DNA of 40,301 nt from Candidatus Thorarchaeota archaeon (GCA_048884945.1 JBHLQJ010000001.1:26977-67277); one strand, 5' to 3'; shown: positions 9,460-18,507, counted from the first letter of the stretch. Notes: generated from the sequence alone by a model not told the origin. A program made the numbers and translations.

Positions 9460-10089
9460 TTGACCAGCGAAGACAGAACAAATTATGTTTACGAATTTAC
9501 ATACAGTTCAGCACCAGGTCTTCGTGAAATATTTCAATGTAAATATGTTAGGCCAGATGAAGCACTTAATAGATTTAGAAAGATCTTGGCATTAACTGAA
9601 TCACCCTTTGATTTCAAAATAATTGTGTCTGATGAAACAATGGGAGAAGAATCTAGTTTTCAGGTGAAGGGTGGAAGTATAGAAGAAATGTTTGTAAAAT
9701 TCAAGGTCTTTCTTGAAACAAGTACAGGGTTCATATTCTCCACAGTTGATGAAGAGTCTGTTGAAGCTGGATTCGAAGAGTCCAAACTGGAGTCAATGAG
9801 CAATTATGATAAGATGCAACTGATAATCTATGCGTCTTTCAAACACGGAAAGTTCTCTTCACTTGATGTTACTGAAATCTATCAGGATTCGTTTAGTGAA
9901 AATCTTCCAAAAAGTACAGCTTCAACTTATTTGGCTAGAATGTGGAACAATGGTAAGGGGCATTTAGAGAGATATGGAAACCGCTCTGGGTATACATATC
10001 GACTCAGAACTGAAATTGATGAAGTTCAAAAGGAAACTGAAAGAGCAGAAGAAATATTGGCTGCTATACAGATGCGAGTCAAGGATTGA
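9460..10089 (+). CDS. hypothetical protein with C-terminal winged-helix-like DNA-binding domain
   Basis: The protein is 209 aa with a TTG start preceded by 'ataGGAGaag'. The C-terminal '...STASTYLARMWNNGKGHLERYGNRSGYTYRL' looks like a wHTH recognition helix plus wing. Confidence 0.5.
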   Translation: MTSEDRTNYVYEFTYSSAPGLREIFQCKYVRPDEALNRFRKILALTESPFDFKIIVSDETMGEESSFQVKGGSIEEMFVKFKVFLETSTGFIFSTVDEESVEAGFEESKLESMSNYDKMQLIIYASFKHGKFSSLDVTEIYQDSFSENLPKSTASTYLARMWNNGKGHLERYGNRSGYTYRLRTEIDEVQKETERAEEILAAIQMRVKD

Positions 10090-10136
10090 AACTGGTTTAT
10101 TGTAATTGTATTTTTTACATTCTAACATTTTGATTT

Positions 10137-11453
10137 CTATAAATTGTATACCTTTTCGTCCATTTTGATATTAAGCATTTCAAGTTCATTGAGAATTGGT
10201 TCATATATTTCTGGGAGTATGGGTCTATGAATACCAGTAAGTGTGATTTTTCCATCCAAGATCATTTTACTAGCTATAGCTACTGGAAGAGCTACGGTTC
10301 TTGACATAGAACTGTCCCCATTGGGAATACCATAATCAATTAGAGTCGATGTGATTTTTTGTTTCTTATTGGGATAATCCACGATGAATTCATGATGCAT
10401 GACAATCATGTCACGTTCGCCTGGAGCATATAGTAATTTCTCCTCAAAGAGATGACAAAGAGCATCTAAGACTGTATTGATACCTGAAGGAATCAGTTTT
10501 TCTTCAAACAGACCTAGCCATTCTAAACGTGTGATTATCGGATTATCAGATTCAATATTGCAATACTTTGCCACTGCGGTTTTTATATCTGGGTCAGTTG
10601 CTGATACCAATTGTCGTAGGAGACCAGCATAAGTCATGCCTTCAAGAGATTGTTCTTCAATATCTAAGAGACCTAAATCTGCAATTTTGTCTAATGTACT
10701 ACACCAGCCAATATTTCTGAAAGTACCACGAAGCATCGTTTTTGTTTCAGGTATATTATAGATTTCAATGTAAGAGAGACTATCACGATTTGGATATCCT
10801 TCAAATTTTCCTATTCCAGGGACTTCCATAATCTCATAATTCTCAAAAAGCTCGGGACCTGGAATTTTAACTTGTTTTCCATTTCGTAGAAAATGAGCAT
10901 CATTACGTCCAGCTAAAAGTACACCTCTTGGACTCCAAGACAATTTGTATCCAAACGGGTTGTTGTTTGCATCAGGAGCTGGAAGACCTCCTGTAAAAGA
11001 AGTGAAGCTCATAATCTTTCCATTGTTATTGTGAACTTCATCTATGATTTTCATGGCGCTCATGTGATCAATACCAGGATCAACTCCACATTCATTCAGA
11101 AGTAGAACTCCAGCTTTCTTCGCATCATTCTCAAGTGCTTTCATTTCATTGGAGATATATGATGTAGTACAGAAGTGTTTCTTATGTTTTATAGCTACTT
11201 TTGCAGCCTTGACATGGAATGTGTAAGGTAGTAATGAACAAACAAGATCTGCTTTTCTAGTAAGCTCTTCAAGGAGAATATCATCCTTTGCAATGTTGAA
11301 TGCGATAGCTTCAGCATTTTCACATCCTCGGATTAAATGTTGAGCTTTACTTATTGTGCGACTAGCAACAATGACATGATAATTATTGTCAGACAAATAT
11401 TGAATATACGGGCGAGCTACTAGTCCTGCGCCTAGGCATAATACTTGTTTCAT
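10137..11453 (-). CDS. saccharopine dehydrogenase (L-glutamate-forming, SDH-type)
   Basis: It has an N-terminal Rossmann 'VLCLGAGLVARP' and a Sacchrp_dh-like C-terminal domain. Length is 438 aa. The start overlaps the upstream stop (TAATG). Confidence 0.75.
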   Translation of the reverse strand: MKQVLCLGAGLVARPYIQYLSDNNYHVIVASRTISKAQHLIRGCENAEAIAFNIAKDDILLEELTRKADLVCSLLPYTFHVKAAKVAIKHKKHFCTTSYISNEMKALENDAKKAGVLLLNECGVDPGIDHMSAMKIIDEVHNNNGKIMSFTSFTGGLPAPDANNNPFGYKLSWSPRGVLLAGRNDAHFLRNGKQVKIPGPELFENYEIMEVPGIGKFEGYPNRDSLSYIEIYNIPETKTMLRGTFRNIGWCSTLDKIADLGLLDIEEQSLEGMTYAGLLRQLVSATDPDIKTAVAKYCNIESDNPIITRLEWLGLFEEKLIPSGINTVLDALCHLFEEKLLYAPGERDMIVMHHEFIVDYPNKKQKITSTLIDYGIPNGDSSMSRTVALPVAIASKMILDGKITLTGIHRPILPEIYEPILNELEMLNIKMDEKVYNL

Positions 11454-12775
11454 TATTGGTTATCCTCCTTCGAAAGAAATTCTTCAAGATATTGGAATTT
11501 TTCTGTTAGTTCTCCTCTATATACTATTACAGCATCCTTGAGTTCTTGAGGTAGTTTAAGATTTGAGAATGGTACAGTAAAATCTGCACTTGCAAGAGCT
11601 GGAATAAAATCTAGCAATGTTTCACTAAATGACGTAGATGATTCACGCGGAAGTTCGCATGGAAGATTATCAACAGCCATAACGACTGGTCCATCACCTT
11701 TTACACCTAATTCTATCCGATTTTCATCAATTATATACGTAAATGCAGGTTGGTCTGGACTTGTACATTGTAAAGTGAATTCTATAGCACCCTTGATATC
11801 ACAGGAGATGTCTCCTACGATTTTGAGCCTTCGATTATCTTGACTCCAATGATTACGAATAAAATCTAAGGTTAGTAATCTAGGATATTTATTGGTCCAG
11901 TATATACAATTCATCAATACTGTGATATAAGGAATATAATTGTGAAACACACCATCATACTTTGTTTTACCAAATTTGTAATAATCTTGAAGATTAAATT
12001 CAGATGAGGGATCTTTTGGCTTTACCATATGCTCTTCTTTAAACACACATTTGTAAAGAAGATTTGATTCAGATGGTAATTCAGGTAATTCTTCAGGGGT
12101 TACTGTTTTATGTGGAAGAAGGTCAAAGATTTCTTGCGCTCCCTTAGACACATTTCCATACCCTGCAAATGCTATCACAAAAGGTATGAGCTGAGCAGGG
12201 AGTCCTTGTTCCTTAATTCGATTTCCAAGAAGTATGAACTCTTCCCTAAGTTCTTCAAGTTCTTTTATATCAAGGGTAGATTTCATTCCAGCAAAGGGAT
12301 TTGGTTCTATCTTCTCTGATTCAAGACGTTCACCAAGTATACGAAGCGAATCTGATATTCCAGCCATGCCTGCCCAGTTACCAAAGAAGATTAGTCTTCG
12401 ACCTTTTTGATCAACTACTCGTTCATAATCAATTAGTGTTGCTCCAGCATCTACTATTCGTTTTAGCATGGGCATGTTTTTAGATTGGCCTTTGATGGTA
12501 TGACTAAAGAAAATGTATACGACATCTTTTTCGAATATGTCAATGGGCATTTCTTTTATACCAATGACAATAGGCACACCGCTGCCTTTTAGGGGAATAA
12601 TTTGTTTTTTGTCAATATTATATTCATCTGTTGAAAATGCACGTTGATTACTTGGTTCTAATATAAAGTCGATACCATATTTGTTATGCAATAATTTGAC
12701 ATGATCAGGTACCAATGGAGTTCGAGTTTCAAATGCTTTCTCTTCTTTTCTAATTCCAATTCTGTTCAAAGGCAA
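11453..12775 (-). CDS. lysine-ketoglutarate reductase-like (saccharopine dehydrogenase, L-lysine-forming; AlaDH/PNT fold)
   Basis: The N-terminus 'IGIRKEEKAFETRTPLVPDHVKLL...ILEPSNQRAF' closely resembles the LKR half of eukaryotic AASS. Length is 440 aa. Confidence 0.7.
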   Translation of the reverse strand: MPLNRIGIRKEEKAFETRTPLVPDHVKLLHNKYGIDFILEPSNQRAFSTDEYNIDKKQIIPLKGSGVPIVIGIKEMPIDIFEKDVVYIFFSHTIKGQSKNMPMLKRIVDAGATLIDYERVVDQKGRRLIFFGNWAGMAGISDSLRILGERLESEKIEPNPFAGMKSTLDIKELEELREEFILLGNRIKEQGLPAQLIPFVIAFAGYGNVSKGAQEIFDLLPHKTVTPEELPELPSESNLLYKCVFKEEHMVKPKDPSSEFNLQDYYKFGKTKYDGVFHNYIPYITVLMNCIYWTNKYPRLLTLDFIRNHWSQDNRRLKIVGDISCDIKGAIEFTLQCTSPDQPAFTYIIDENRIELGVKGDGPVVMAVDNLPCELPRESSTSFSETLLDFIPALASADFTVPFSNLKLPQELKDAVIVYRGELTEKFQYLEEFLSKEDNQ

Positions 12776-12885
12776 TCCTCCGGTCTCCTGATTATGTTGG
12801 TTATGCTATCAAGGCCGTGGGCCGAAACACATGCGCTTTAACTTTTCCTTGTAGGCCAAGTTTTGTATTACTAGAATTAAAAATC

Positions 12886-12899
12886 AGAACACGTGTTCT
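12886..12899. promoter_or_regulatory. palindromic box AGAACACGTGTTCT (copy 1 of 4)
   Basis: This is a perfect 14-bp palindrome. It is one of four copies, all confined to the 12776-13626 intergenic region. Confidence 0.6.
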
Positions 12900-13216
12900 T
12901 CAATTGGTTGTTCTCATGACTTTGTACTTGTACCTATATGATTGTCAACATGCAAGGCGAACCAATGCCAGGCGTGTTGCATTCACAAAAGAACTCTATG
13001 GGTATGTCTATACATGGAAAACAAAATCAGGAATAAGACAAAAAAGAAAACCAGGTCTTTTGGATGGGTGCCCTGGCGCGGAAGCAATAGCAGACTCAGC
13101 AATTTTAGTTCCATCCGAATATCGAACTATTTTTGATACATTATTCAAAATGTATGGAGATATCCTCAAATTAAAGATCTATGAGGTTGTGAAAGAACTA
13201 TAAGAAATACATTATT

Positions 13217-13230
13217 AGAACACGTGTTCT
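13217..13230. promoter_or_regulatory. palindromic box AGAACACGTGTTCT (copy 2 of 4)
   Basis: This is a perfect 14-bp palindrome identical to copy 1. Confidence 0.6.
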
Positions 13231-13279
13231 AGTTGTAATATATGTATTACAAATATACTCATTGATCAAGATTTCGTTT

Positions 13280-13293
13280 GGAACATGTGTTCT
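13280..13293. promoter_or_regulatory. palindromic box GGAACATGTGTTCT (copy 3 of 4, one mismatch)
   Basis: It matches the same motif with a C-to-T change in the core. It lies 13 nt left of the left ORB-like box. Confidence 0.5.
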
Positions 13294-13305
13294 GAATTGA
13301 ATCGG

Positions 13306-13324
13306 ACCCCCTTGTTTCCACTAG
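13306..13324 (-). promoter_or_regulatory. ORB-like element (left, inverted)
   Basis: The minus strand reads CTAGTGGAAACAAGGGGGT, a GTGGAAAC core plus G-string. It matches the right copy at 17 of 21 positions. Confidence 0.4.
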
Positions 13325-13451
13325 AGATTATTAACAACTATCTATTCGCTAAAATATCAAAAAATATATATAATCGTTTAAACAGCTGCCTTTTATCTCC
13401 ATTTTTTAAATGTATAATAATACCCGCTGAAAACGTTCTCCATAAGATCTT

Positions 13452-13472
13452 TCGAGTGGAAATGAGGGGGTC
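13452..13472 (+). promoter_or_regulatory. ORB-like element (right)
   Basis: The plus strand reads TCGAGTGGAAATGAGGGGGTC. It is inverted relative to 13306-13324, and a 127-bp very AT-rich spacer lies between them. Confidence 0.4.
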
Positions 13473-13526
13473 TTATCCAGATACTAATACAAGAATTACA
13501 TAGATAAGTTAAGTATAACATTTATT

Positions 13527-13540
13527 GGAACACGTGTTCA
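13527..13540. promoter_or_regulatory. palindromic box GGAACACGTGTTCA (copy 4 of 4)
   Basis: The 12-bp core GAACACGTGTTC is perfect. It lies ~90 nt upstream of the likely iorA ATG at 13627. Confidence 0.6.
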
Positions 13541-13626
13541 AAGAAGAAATGCGTTTTTCCAAGACCACAAGACTGATACAGTGCTCACAATTCAAACGAG
13601 CTAGCCTATACACGGAGGATCATCTA

Positions 13627-15528
13627 ATGGCAAACTCCAAGGAACTTCTTGAAGACAAACCAGGAAAAGAAATTCTTCTTCTAGCAAATGAAGCAATTGC
13701 TCGAGGTGTACTTGAAGCAGGAGTTCGATTAGTTGCTCTTTATCCTGGCACACCAAGTAGTGAGATTGGAAATAATCTTACATTCATGGCTCCACACATT
13801 CCTAATTTTTACTTTGAATTCAGTGTAAATGAAAAAGTTGCATTAGAGGTAGCTGGAGCCGCTGCTATAGCAGGTGTGAGATCCATGATGGTATGCAAGG
13901 GTCCAGGTCTCAATGTTGCAGCTGATCCATTCTTCTCTTTAGCATATGTTGGTGTTCGTGCAGGAATGGTAATTGTTGTTGCAGATGATCCAAGTATGTG
14001 GAGCTCACAAAATGAGAATGACAGTAGATACTATGCATTAATGGGAAACATGCCAATGATGGAACCTGCTGACCCTATTGAAGCAAAGTCTATGTTACTT
14101 GAAGCCTACAAGTTCTCAGAACAAATAGAACTCCCAGTTCTCTTTCGGACAACTACAAGGGTAAATCATACACGAGCCCCAGTTAAGTTTGAAAAAATTT
14201 TACCACGTCCAGAGAAAACTGAGTTCGAAAAAGAACCATTTCGTTTTGTCCCTATTCCATCTGTTGCACGTAAAAGACATCCGTGGCTTCTTGGGCAGAT
14301 AGACATTGCACGTGAACTATCTGAAAAAAGTCCATTGAATTTTGTTGAGGGTAATGGTGATCTTGGAATAATCACTTCTGGCGTTTCATACACTTATGTC
14401 ATTGAAGCTCTATCAATTATGGAAATTAAAGCAGAAATTTTGAAGCTAGGAATTACACATCCAATCCCTGAGAAAATGATTGCAGATTTTCTTTCTCGTC
14501 ATAAACAAGTCATGATTGTCGAAGAGCTAGAACCATTCTTGGAAACACATGCAAGACGCTTGGCACAATTGAACAACATCAATGTTGAAATTCTTGGAAA
14601 AGAACAGAAAATCTTCTCACGTGTCTATGAGTATAGTCCCCGGATTGTCATGGATGCATTAAGGAAGATTACTACACGTAATACACCTATTAACTGGGTA
14701 GAAATCGATAAAAAAACTCAGGAATTACCGGAATTACCTCCGAGACCTCCGCTCCTATGCGCTGGTTGTCCACACAGAGCAACTTACTATGCAATAAGAA
14801 CTGCTACTAGAGGAAAAGCTATCTATCCTTCTGATATAGGATGCTACACACTAAGTATTGCTCCTCCACTTGAAACTGCAGACATATTATTCGATATGGG
14901 TTCTTCAATAACCACCGCATGTGGTCTCGCAGAAGTAACTGATCAAGACATAGTTGCTTCAATTGGCGACAGTACATTCTTCGCTTCTGGTCTTCCAGGA
15001 ATTGCAAATGCGGTTTACAACCAGCATCGAATCTGTGTTGTAGTACTTGATAATCGAACCACTGCAATGACTGGTCATCAACCACATCCTGGCACAGGAT
15101 TGACTGGCATGCAGAAAGAAGTTCCACCTCTCGACATCGGAGAAGTGTGCAAGGGTCTTGGTGTGAAGTATGTAAAAACAGTTGAACCGTTTGAGTCAAT
15201 GGCTGGTCTCGTTGCTGAGGTACGCGAGATGGTCAAATGGGCTAGGGATAACCATAGTCCTGCAGTCTTAGTATCAAAGGAACCATGTGCTCTTCTTACT
15301 GCCGCTGAACGTCGACGCACAGATGAGTATCCTCCCAAATATTATGTTGATTCAGAGCTTTGTAATGCTTGCAAACGTTGTCTTAACCGCCTTTCTTGTC
15401 CTGCTATGTACATGGATCCAGAAACAGAACAAGCAGTGATTGATGAAACATTATGTAATCTCTGTGGGACTTGTGTTTCAGTATGTCCACAAGGAGCTAT
15501 AAAACAGGAGGATACAATAAATGAATAG
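13627..15528 (+). CDS. iorA: indolepyruvate:ferredoxin oxidoreductase, alpha subunit
   Basis: It has TPP-binding 2-oxoacid:ferredoxin oxidoreductase domains and two C-terminal 4Fe-4S motifs, 'CNACKRC...CP' and 'CNLCGTCVSVCP'. The ATG at 13627 is preceded by GGAGG. The tracked TTG start at 13525 overlaps a palindromic box. Confidence 0.85.
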   Translation: MANSKELLEDKPGKEILLLANEAIARGVLEAGVRLVALYPGTPSSEIGNNLTFMAPHIPNFYFEFSVNEKVALEVAGAAAIAGVRSMMVCKGPGLNVAADPFFSLAYVGVRAGMVIVVADDPSMWSSQNENDSRYYALMGNMPMMEPADPIEAKSMLLEAYKFSEQIELPVLFRTTTRVNHTRAPVKFEKILPRPEKTEFEKEPFRFVPIPSVARKRHPWLLGQIDIARELSEKSPLNFVEGNGDLGIITSGVSYTYVIEALSIMEIKAEILKLGITHPIPEKMIADFLSRHKQVMIVEELEPFLETHARRLAQLNNINVEILGKEQKIFSRVYEYSPRIVMDALRKITTRNTPINWVEIDKKTQELPELPPRPPLLCAGCPHRATYYAIRTATRGKAIYPSDIGCYTLSIAPPLETADILFDMGSSITTACGLAEVTDQDIVASIGDSTFFASGLPGIANAVYNQHRICVVVLDNRTTAMTGHQPHPGTGLTGMQKEVPPLDIGEVCKGLGVKYVKTVEPFESMAGLVAEVREMVKWARDNHSPAVLVSKEPCALLTAAERRRTDEYPPKYYVDSELCNACKRCLNRLSCPAMYMDPETEQAVIDETLCNLCGTCVSVCPQGAIKQEDTINE

Positions 15529-16147
15529 TATTAATGGTAATACAATAAACATTGCAATCACTGGAGTGGGAGGCCAAGGAGTTCTAACTCTCGCAGAGGT
15601 TCTAGCAAAAGCAGCATTAGAATGCGGTTTCAATGTCCGAGTAGGAGAAATTCATGGAATGGCTCAGCGAGGAGGTCATGTTGTCTGTACGGTTCGCATC
15701 GGTGAAAATGCTAGAGGTCCAATTATAGATCCGGGCTCTGCTCATCTTCTTGTTGGTTTCGAACCACTTGAAACTCTTAGAGAAATTAATCTTGTTAAAG
15801 AAGGTGGTTGCGTCCTTATGAGCTCACACGTTCAATATCCTGTTGCAGTTTCAATGGGTCAGTCTGAATATCCTAACCATGAAGAAATAATCAAGAATAT
15901 GAAAAAGTATACTGATAGGATAATTGAATTTGATGCTCTAGAACTTGCGACAAAAGCAGGGAGTACTCAAGCCCTTAATATGGTCATATTAGGAGCAATC
16001 ATTGGCACTGAATTAATACCAATTACAAAAGAAACTATACTCAATGTTGTTCGTAAAGCTTTTTCGAAGAAATTTGAGAAAATTAATATCAACGCAACAA
16101 AGCTAGGTTTTGAAATGGCACAAGCATGTAAAAAAATGAAACTCTAA
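15521..16147 (+). CDS. iorB: indolepyruvate:ferredoxin oxidoreductase, beta subunit
   Basis: The 208-aa protein has 'ITGVGGQGVLT' and 'GEIHGMAQRGG', typical of the IorB/gamma-type subunit. It overlaps iorA by 8 nt. Confidence 0.85.
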   Translation: MNSINGNTINIAITGVGGQGVLTLAEVLAKAALECGFNVRVGEIHGMAQRGGHVVCTVRIGENARGPIIDPGSAHLLVGFEPLETLREINLVKEGGCVLMSSHVQYPVAVSMGQSEYPNHEEIIKNMKKYTDRIIEFDALELATKAGSTQALNMVILGAIIGTELIPITKETILNVVRKAFSKKFEKININATKLGFEMAQACKKMKL

Positions 16148-16161
16148 TACTAGTATTACAA
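16142..16161. repeat. 20-mer CTCTAATACTAGTATTACAA (palindromic core TAATACTAGTATTA) between convergent genes
   Basis: It is 19/20 identical to 22968-22987. It overlaps the iorB stop and sits 4 nt from the hypF stop. Confidence 0.5.
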
Positions 16162-16164
16162 TTA

Positions 16165-18507
16165 TTACTCGGCCAGTTTTGCACCAGCAACAGCTACCTG
16201 TCCAATTGAAATTCCGCCATCACCTGGTGGAACATTGATATGAATTAACGAGATGAAATTTTCACGATTCACACGATCAATTATTGCTTTCGTGATTATA
16301 TGATTAAGAGCAACGCCTCCTGAAAAACCAATATGGTTCATTCCTTCTTCTCTCGCCACAATACAAGCAATATCAGCCAATGAATCTCCAAGAAACCATT
16401 GAGCGGCATATGCAATCTCCTGTTTACTAATGCCTTTTTGTTTCAACTCAATAATTTGTATCAATGCATCTACAATATCTAAATCCAAACCGTTGTGTGA
16501 AGTCTTGATTTCAGTATGAATTTTTAGATTCGTTTTCTTTGCACCAGCTTCAAGTTTCATAGGACATTCTCCATCGTAAGAATTCTCAGAACATATCCCG
16601 AGAATCATAGCTACTGCATCAAGATACCTTCCGGCACTTGTACTATTGATTGTATTAATTTGATTATTCACCGCTTCAAGTATGATATCCAATGATTCTG
16701 AATTCAATTCTGTGTCAGGTCCAATTGGTGCTGAATTAAGAATTTGTAGAAGACTATCTCTCTCTAGAGATTTATTTAGAATTCCTATAACAGATCGCGC
16801 AGCATAAACCGCAGAGAGATCACCGCCTGGATAGTCCACATTTCTGAGACCTCCCACTCTTTTGAAATCTTTAAGATTACCAAGTAATATCTCTCCTCCC
16901 CATCCAGTATTATTCATACTTAACCCATAACCATCAGCTGTAATACAAACAATACTTGTATCAGGATTTAACTTATGATCAACAATCATAGATGCAAGAT
17001 GTGCATGGTGATGCTGAACACGAAAGAGTGGAATACCACGAACATTACTAATCTGTTCTGCATATTCAGTAGTTAGAAATTCTGGATGATAATCACATGC
17101 AATCCCATCAAGCTCAGTTACGCCAAGAAGATGAAGCATGTGATCTATAGCATTAGATAGAAAGTCTAAACTCTCAACTCTATTGATATCTCCAATATGT
17201 TGCGTTGGATAAATTCTTCCTGACTTTAAGACTGATGCTGTAACTTTCTCTTCTGGTCCAACTGCAACTGCCTTGATGGATTTCCAAGAGTCACAGAATT
17301 GAAGCGGATCTGGTACATAACCTCTTGCACGTCGTATGAATACTGGTTTGTTCTCTTTAACAAATTTGAGGACCGAGTCATCAGCTCTTTGATGAATCCT
17401 ACGATTATGAATCAAAGAATAATCGACTATATCCTCTAACTCAGAAATGATGACTTCTGGTTCAATATACATAGGTACACCTGTGGGGTTAGCGCTAGTC
17501 ATTACCAAAGCTGGTTCATCTAAGTACTGAAACAGAAGATAATGAATAGGTGCATAGGGTAACATGACTCCAATTGTATCAAGACCTGGAGCAATCTCAT
17601 CTTGCACATCTTCTGGTATTAATTTCGATTCAGTTTTTTTCTGTAATAGAACAATGGGTCTTCTCCAAGACGTTAAGATTTTTTCCTGGTTTGAAGTAAG
17701 ATATGCGAATTGTTTCAGAGCTGAGAGGTCTCTTGCCATAACTGCAAATGGTTGTTGAGATCTTTTTTTCCTGTACCTCAGAAATTTGATTGCTCTTGAG
17801 TCGGATGTTTTTGTTGCAATATGAGTTCCTGCTATACCCTGTATCGCAATTACTCTATTTTCCTCAATCATTTTTCCAGTAAGCTGAACAGGATTATCAA
17901 CCTCAATTTGATTTCCTTTAACATCAACCAGTCTATATACTGGCCCGCATGACTCACATGCTGTTGTTTGAGCATGGTAACGTCTGTCAGTAGGATTTGT
18001 ATAACCTGTATTACAAGTATGACAAAGCGGAAAATCAACCATGGTTGTATTTGGACGATCATACGGAAGATTTGTAATGGTCGAGAATCTTGGTCCACAA
18101 GCTGCACATGATGTGAATGGGTAACGACACCACCGAGAATCAGATGATAACAAGTCTTCAATACAATCGTTACACATCGCAATATCCGGTGGCAAGATAG
18201 GAACAGATCCTTCTAATCGTGCTTCCGAAGATTTTCTTATTTCAAATGACTGTAATGAATCTGTAGTATTCTTCCAATCAACATTCAATGAATCAATTCT
18301 TGAAATAGATGGAGGATTGTTCTTGATTATACCAATCAAATCTTCGATGCTAGATTTTTCCCCCTCCACGATTATTTTTACTCCAGCATCTCCTAGGTTA
18401 AGAACAAATCCTGCAAGGGAGAGAGACCTGGCAACATTATAGACAAATGGTCTAAATCCAACTCCTTGTACTATTCCAGTGACATGAATCTCAGCCCTTT
18501 TGTTCAC
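16165..18507 (-). CDS. hypF: [NiFe]-hydrogenase maturation carbamoyltransferase HypF
   Basis: It has an acylphosphatase-like 'VTGIVQGVGFRPFV', paired CxxC zinc fingers, a YrdC-like domain and a Kae1-like C-terminal domain. Length is 780 aa. Confidence 0.9.
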   Translation of the reverse strand: MNKRAEIHVTGIVQGVGFRPFVYNVARSLSLAGFVLNLGDAGVKIIVEGEKSSIEDLIGIIKNNPPSISRIDSLNVDWKNTTDSLQSFEIRKSSEARLEGSVPILPPDIAMCNDCIEDLLSSDSRWCRYPFTSCAACGPRFSTITNLPYDRPNTTMVDFPLCHTCNTGYTNPTDRRYHAQTTACESCGPVYRLVDVKGNQIEVDNPVQLTGKMIEENRVIAIQGIAGTHIATKTSDSRAIKFLRYRKKRSQQPFAVMARDLSALKQFAYLTSNQEKILTSWRRPIVLLQKKTESKLIPEDVQDEIAPGLDTIGVMLPYAPIHYLLFQYLDEPALVMTSANPTGVPMYIEPEVIISELEDIVDYSLIHNRRIHQRADDSVLKFVKENKPVFIRRARGYVPDPLQFCDSWKSIKAVAVGPEEKVTASVLKSGRIYPTQHIGDINRVESLDFLSNAIDHMLHLLGVTELDGIACDYHPEFLTTEYAEQISNVRGIPLFRVQHHHAHLASMIVDHKLNPDTSIVCITADGYGLSMNNTGWGGEILLGNLKDFKRVGGLRNVDYPGGDLSAVYAARSVIGILNKSLERDSLLQILNSAPIGPDTELNSESLDIILEAVNNQINTINSTSAGRYLDAVAMILGICSENSYDGECPMKLEAGAKKTNLKIHTEIKTSHNGLDLDIVDALIQIIELKQKGISKQEIAYAAQWFLGDSLADIACIVAREEGMNHIGFSGGVALNHIITKAIIDRVNRENFISLIHINVPPGDGGISIGQVAVAGAKLAE

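Noticed and set aside
13064-13118. GC-rich patch GGATGGGTGCCCTGGCGCGGAAGCAATAGCAGACTCAGC...CCATCC, which looked like SRP RNA helix 8 (GGAA tetraloop followed by AGCAG)
   Set aside because: The flanks cannot form the conserved symmetric and asymmetric loops or a long helix 8/5. No Alu-domain or terminal pairing was found, and the surrounding sequence is too AT-rich and unstructured for a ~300-nt SRP RNA.
12817-13503. ORFs 12817-13203 (128 aa), 12942-13136 and 13285-13503 in the long intergenic region
   Set aside because: They have non-ATG starts, odd composition and no motifs. They are crossed by the palindromic boxes and ORB-like elements, so they are more likely non-coding. About 400 bp of the left part (12776-13216) remains unexplained.
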